A DNA stretch of 11,214 bases, taken from assembly GCA_964247135.1 (NCBI GenBank), contig CAXTTL010000160.1, positions 1-11,214 of the forward strand, written 5' to 3'. The DNA comes from an uncultured Deinococcales bacterium. GTDB lineage: Bacteria; Deinococcota; Deinococci; Deinococcales; JAAFIG01. Position 1 is the stretch's first letter. Each line of letters begins with the position of its first letter. The notes beneath the pieces were generated by a model. That model saw nothing but the letters and a program-made list of their open reading frames with translations. It did no database searches and had not been told where the DNA came from. The position numbers and the translations under genes are program-made. This document shows, piece after piece, positions 7,648-11,214 of this stretch.

Positions 7648-7984
7648 CTTGGTTCAGTATAACGGCTGGCTGTGAAATTCTTAAGTGACTCAATACGACG
7701 TGTCTATCACGTAATACTATTGTTTTAAGCAAATTTTTTTATGAAACAAACATGGCTTTGATGTGCCACCTCGCCACAAGCAATCACCCAAATTGGGTTG
7801 AACGCAAAAATTTTAATTCATTCTCGAGATTTGATCTGAAGCGTTCAGGCTCGAGTTCGGTATCGCCACGTTTGTTTTACAATGCTATTCAAGTTCAACC
7901 GATGCCTCAAGCATCGGGTGGGCATTTGCACCTGGATTAACGCGTATGCTGGGAAAAGTTTCTCGAGTGTTAAAGGAGTTCGCC

Positions 7985-8188
7985 ATGAACCGTGATAATG
8001 GAGCTACGTTGTTTGGAACAGTATTTTTCTTAATTTTGGCTTTGGTTGCTTTCTTGTTTGGGTTTTACCCTTACCCTCAAGCCGATGCCGAAAATGGTAT
8101 TCGCACCCTGGGCAAAATCGCAGCGGTCGCCTTGGTGGTCGGCGCGGTGCTGGCTGGTGTAAGCGGTTCGCTCGAGCATAAAGAATAA
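7985..8188 (+). CDS. Small two-TM membrane protein, unknown function (67 aa)
   Basis: AAGGAG Shine-Dalgarno at 7973-7978 favours ATG 7985 over the track start at 7946. Two hydrophobic helices, followed by a terminator-like hairpin. Confidence 0.75.
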   Translation: MNRDNGATLFGTVFFLILALVAFLFGFYPYPQADAENGIRTLGKIAAVALVVGAVLAGVSGSLEHKE

Positions 8189-8203
8189 TTTCTTTTAAGG
8201 AAT

Positions 8204-8244
8204 TGAGGTTCGGGGTTTGTGTTGACCTCGAGCCTCATATTTTG
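8204..8244 (+). terminator. Intrinsic terminator-like hairpin between convergent genes
   Basis: TGAGGTTCGGGGT-ttgtgttg-ACCTCGAGCCTCA forms a 13-bp stem with two G-U pairs in the plus-strand RNA, followed by TATTTTT. Confidence 0.6.
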
Positions 8245-8615
8245 GCTTTTGGCTTGCTGGCGTTTTGCTCTTCAAGAATCCAAGCTTTCCAAGCTGCCTC
8301 TGCCAATCCAACCGTCACGTATTTTCCGTACCTGACCAGCGGCAACCGCAGCAACTTTGGCTCGGCTTCAATTTTTGCCAGCATTCCCTCATCGGACACC
8401 CGCAAAAACTCGAGTCCGGCGTCAATGTAGGCTTTGCCAGCAATGTCCAAAACCGTGTTCAAACCAAATTTTTGAATGAACCGATTGATCTCCCCAGCGC
8501 TCATGGGTCGGTCGTGCAAGTCCACGTCGTGCGTTTTGATGCGGCGTTCCTTAAAAAAACGCATCGCCGCTCGGGTTTCTTTTGATGATTTCAGACCAAA
8601 AATTTGGACTTCCAT
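8235..8615 (-). CDS. ArsC/Spx/MgsR (YffB-like) thioredoxin-fold protein without cysteines
   Basis: VQIFG...TRAAMRFFKER and PKLLRLPLVR family motifs. Start moved to ATG 8615 because TAAAAT (8627-8622) lies exactly 6 nt upstream. Confidence 0.85.
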   Translation of the reverse strand: MEVQIFGLKSSKETRAAMRFFKERRIKTHDVDLHDRPMSAGEINRFIQKFGLNTVLDIAGKAYIDAGLEFLRVSDEGMLAKIEAEPKLLRLPLVRYGKYVTVGLAEAAWKAWILEEQNASKPKAKI

Positions 8616-8655
8616 GTCCACATTTTACTATCTCGAGCCAGAATCATTGTTGGGT

Positions 8656-8661
8656 TAAACT
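8656..8661 (+). promoter_or_regulatory. -10 box of the uricase gene (probably leaderless)
   Basis: TAAACT-aaacc-ATG. Confidence 0.65.
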
Positions 8662-8666
8662 AAACC

Positions 8667-9578
8667 ATGAAAACCCAGATTTCTTACGGCAAATTTAACA
8701 TTTCCCTGCACCGCACGTATGCTGCGCCGCTCAAGGTCTCCGCCATTCCAGAGTCAGAATTTGTTGGGCGCAACAACAACCTTTTTGCTGTGGATGTCAG
8801 CGTCGAAGTCTTTGGAAACAACTTTTTGCCCGCCTACACCCACGGCGACAACAGCATGGTGGTTGCCACGGACAGCATGAAAAACTTCATCCTCAAAGAA
8901 TCCGCAAATTTTAAAGGCAGCACGCTCGAGGGTCTGCTCGAGTTTTTGGGGAAGCGTTTTTTGGCAACCTATTCGCAGATGGAAAGCTTGCGCATGATGG
9001 GACGCGAATTGCCGTTTCTTGCCGCTCGAGTTCCTGGGAAAAATGGGTTTGAAAACAGCGATGTCCTGCATTACCCGACAAACGGTGACGCCGCAACCGC
9101 CAGCCTCTACCTCGAGCGCAATACAAATGATTCACAGGTCATCGACCTCGAGTGCGGACGCGAAGGTTTTCAACTTCTGAAAATCACCGGTTCGAGTTTT
9201 GCCGCGTTCGTGCGCGACGATTACACGACCCTGCCCGAACTCAAAGACCGCCCATTGTTCATTCATATGGATTTAAACTGGACGTACTCGAGCATTGCCG
9301 ACGGTTTGGGCGTTGCAAAATACGTGCCGAGCGAGCAGATCGCCGATATTTGCCGTGTTATTTTTCACCAGTTCAATTCCAAATCGATTCAGGAACTCGT
9401 GTACAAATTTGGCGAACGGATTCTCGAGCGATTCCCGCAACTGATGCGTGTCAGTTTTGAGGCGCAAAACCACACTTGGGACAAAGCGACCGAACTCGAG
9501 GGCAGTGATAAAGTCAAGGTTTTCTGGGAACCAAAAGTGCCTTACGGTTATATTTCGCTGACCATGACCAGGGATTGA
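8667..9578 (+). CDS. pucL: Urate oxidase (factor-independent uricase)
   Basis: N-terminal SYGK, AYTHGDNSMVVATDSMKN, LLKITGSSF, DDYTTLPE..DRPL, SKSIQ and C-terminal PYG motifs. Confidence 0.93.
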   Translation: MKTQISYGKFNISLHRTYAAPLKVSAIPESEFVGRNNNLFAVDVSVEVFGNNFLPAYTHGDNSMVVATDSMKNFILKESANFKGSTLEGLLEFLGKRFLATYSQMESLRMMGRELPFLAARVPGKNGFENSDVLHYPTNGDAATASLYLERNTNDSQVIDLECGREGFQLLKITGSSFAAFVRDDYTTLPELKDRPLFIHMDLNWTYSSIADGLGVAKYVPSEQIADICRVIFHQFNSKSIQELVYKFGERILERFPQLMRVSFEAQNHTWDKATELEGSDKVKVFWEPKVPYGYISLTMTRD

Positions 9579-9579
9579 A

Positions 9580-10302
9580 ATGAAAGTCGCCGTCTTCAGC
9601 GATGTACACGGCAATCGTTTTGCGCTCGAGGCGGTGCTTGCCGACATCTCGAGTTTGAAACCAGATTTGATGCTGAACTTGGGCGATACCGTGTTGGGTG
9701 GTGCTGATCCTGCTGGCGCGTTAAAGCTCCAACTCGAGTGCGTCGCATTGATGGTGCGGGGCAATGCCGACGAAGAAGTCGCAAATCCAGAATCTGACCT
9801 CGAACCTGCGCGTCTCGAGGTGGTGAATTGGTTGCGTGGTTTGCTGGCTGAAAACGATCTCAAAACACTCGAGAATCTGCCAACCATGCTCGAGGTTGCA
9901 AACGGTGAAATTCTCGCGTGTCACGGAAACCTCGAGACACCTTGGAAATTTTTGATGCTGCGCGACGACCCGCAAACCTTCACAGATTACGCCAGTTCAG
10001 AACAACTTCTCTCAAGAATCCAAAAATACCCAAAAGCAAAAGTTGTGCTTTGCGGTCATTCACACCGCGCTCGAGTTGTGACCACCAACGGAGTGCAATT
10101 CGTCAATGTCGGCAGCGTTTCCAGACAACCCGACGGCGACCCTCGAGCGCGATGGGCATTGCTCACTCGAGATGAAAACACTTGGCACGTCGAACACAAA
10201 TTCACGCCTTACGATGTCGAAGCCGCCGCAAATTGGGCGCTTGAGAATGCACCCGACGGCGAACTCGAGGCTCAAAAATTACAAACTGGACGCGGCGTTT
10301 AA
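9580..10302 (+). CDS. Metallophosphoesterase (calcineurin-like, YfcE/MJ0912 type)
   Basis: SDVHGN, LGD, RGNAD, CHG, GHSH and NVGSV motifs. Starts 1 nt after the uricase stop (TGA-A-ATG), which suggests translational coupling. Confidence 0.9.
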   Translation: MKVAVFSDVHGNRFALEAVLADISSLKPDLMLNLGDTVLGGADPAGALKLQLECVALMVRGNADEEVANPESDLEPARLEVVNWLRGLLAENDLKTLENLPTMLEVANGEILACHGNLETPWKFLMLRDDPQTFTDYASSEQLLSRIQKYPKAKVVLCGHSHRARVVTTNGVQFVNVGSVSRQPDGDPRARWALLTRDENTWHVEHKFTPYDVEAAANWALENAPDGELEAQKLQTGRGV

Positions 10303-10330
10303 TCAAGCCATTCGAGAAAAAATCAAAACT

Positions 10331-10369
10331 CCCTTCTCTCGCTTGCGAGAGAAGGGTCGGGGATGAGAG
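10331..10369. repeat. Purine/pyrimidine-asymmetric REP-like hairpin; likely bidirectional terminator
   Basis: CCCTTCTCTCGC-tt-GCGAGAGAAGGG is a perfect 12-bp inverted repeat, followed by tcGGGGATGAGAG, and lies between convergent stop codons. Confidence 0.7.
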
Positions 10370-10379
10370 CAGGCGCTAC

Positions 10380-11213
10380 TCAGTTTTTGATTTTCACCAA
10401 ATCCCGCAGCAGCCCGTCCAAACCGTTTGAAATGTTGATCTGATCGATGTTCTCAGTGATTCGCTCGAGCGTCTCGAGTTCTTTGAGCCTGAGTGCCACG
10501 GGGTTGTCCTCCATGACTTTGGCGGTGTTGAGCAAGCTTCGGGTCGCGGCGGTTTCCTTTCGGCGTCTGATACCGTTGGCTTGCGCAACTTTTTCGGCTT
10601 CGACCACTTTGGACAAAATCGCCTTCATCTCGCCTGGCAAAATAATGTCTTTGACGCCGACTGAATCGACCACCAATCCAAAGCCTTCAGATTTGGTTTT
10701 CACGTGCTCAAACACCACGTTGTCCAGCACGTCTTTGTCCTCGAGCAATGCGTCCAGGGTTCGCGTTCCGACAGCCGCCCGCAAACCGAGTTGCAATTCT
10801 TTGTACAAGAACACTTCTAAGTCTTTGAGTTTGCTGGTCGCCAAAATCGCGTCCGTCACGCGGTATGAGGCACTCAAGTTGAGCCGCAACGCGACTTTGT
10901 CTTTGGTCAGAATCTCTTGACCGCCCACCTCGAGCGTTTGAAGCCGCGAATCCACGATTGCCACACGCAAATTCCGCCCGATTTTCCAGAAGGCATGAGC
11001 GCCGACTTCCAGCACGCCCTCGAGTTTGCCGTCCACAAACAACGCGCCACTGTGATACTCGGGAATGGACACGTTTTCGATGTACTGCTCGAGCTTGGTG
11101 CCTTTGAGGTTTGCGGCAATGTCGGCGCGAACGCGGAAATCGCTGGCAATGTTCACCGTCTCGAGTTTGGTTACACCGTCGTCGAAGTACATGGCAGAGG
11201 CGGTTGGCGGAAT
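10380..11213 (-). CDS. SPFH/band-7 (slipin-family) protein, probably 5' partial
   Basis: GQEILTKDKVALRLN, RTLDALLEDK, GVKDIILPGEMK and ETAATRSLLNTAKVMEDNPVALRLKELE motifs. The frame stays open past ATG 11192 to the window edge. Confidence 0.9.
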   Translation of the reverse strand: MPPTASAMYFDDGVTKLETVNIASDFRVRADIAANLKGTKLEQYIENVSIPEYHSGALFVDGKLEGVLEVGAHAFWKIGRNLRVAIVDSRLQTLEVGGQEILTKDKVALRLNLSASYRVTDAILATSKLKDLEVFLYKELQLGLRAAVGTRTLDALLEDKDVLDNVVFEHVKTKSEGFGLVVDSVGVKDIILPGEMKAILSKVVEAEKVAQANGIRRRKETAATRSLLNTAKVMEDNPVALRLKELETLERITENIDQINISNGLDGLLRDLVKIKN

Positions 11214-11214
11214 C

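Larger units (their letters stand above)
593..11165. repeat. Dispersed highly iterated palindrome CTCGAG (about 92 copies)
   Basis: Manual count, first copy at 593-598 and last at 11160-11165, averaging one per about 120 bp. Confidence 0.95.

Noticed and set aside
7698-7714. Possible DdrO-binding RDRM (radiation/desiccation response motif), ACGTGTCTATCACGTAA
   Set aside because: Only the right part (ACGTAA) fits the 17-bp palindrome as I recall it. The left TTA end is missing and the flanking genes are not typical regulon members.
7752-7940. 62-aa plus-strand ORF in the long intergenic region
   Set aside because: No Shine-Dalgarno or properly spaced -10 box and no recognisable protein features. 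It cannot be excluded but is unsupported.
593-11165. CTCGAG copies as a CRISPR array, tandem repeat or XhoI cloning/concatemer artefact
   Set aside because: Spacing is irregular, flanks are unrelated, and reading frames and conserved protein motifs run intact through the sites.

Overview
Mostly housekeeping chromosomal DNA of about 50% GC, probably from a Deinococcota (Deinococcales-like) bacterium. That assignment is inferred from protein style and from -10 boxes sitting directly in front of start codons. Gene order: 3' end of an AT-rich, apparently foreign gene (+); corA (-); class A beta-lactamase-like serine hydrolase (+); PolX-PHP (+); nth (-); adenine deaminase (-); membrane GGDEF protein (-); small membrane protein (+); Cys-less ArsC/Spx-family protein (-); uricase (+); metallophosphoesterase (+); partial SPFH/slipin protein (-). 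The dominant unexplained signal is the palindrome CTCGAG. I counted about 92 copies by hand in 11.2 kb, against about 3 expected, and they occur in all three reading frames and in intergenic DNA, like the cyanobacterial HIP1 motif. Other points of note: leaderless-type promoters (TANNNT 5-8 nt before the start) on most genes, a symmetric bidirectional promoter, a PolX lacking its third catalytic Asp, and three REP-like hairpins.
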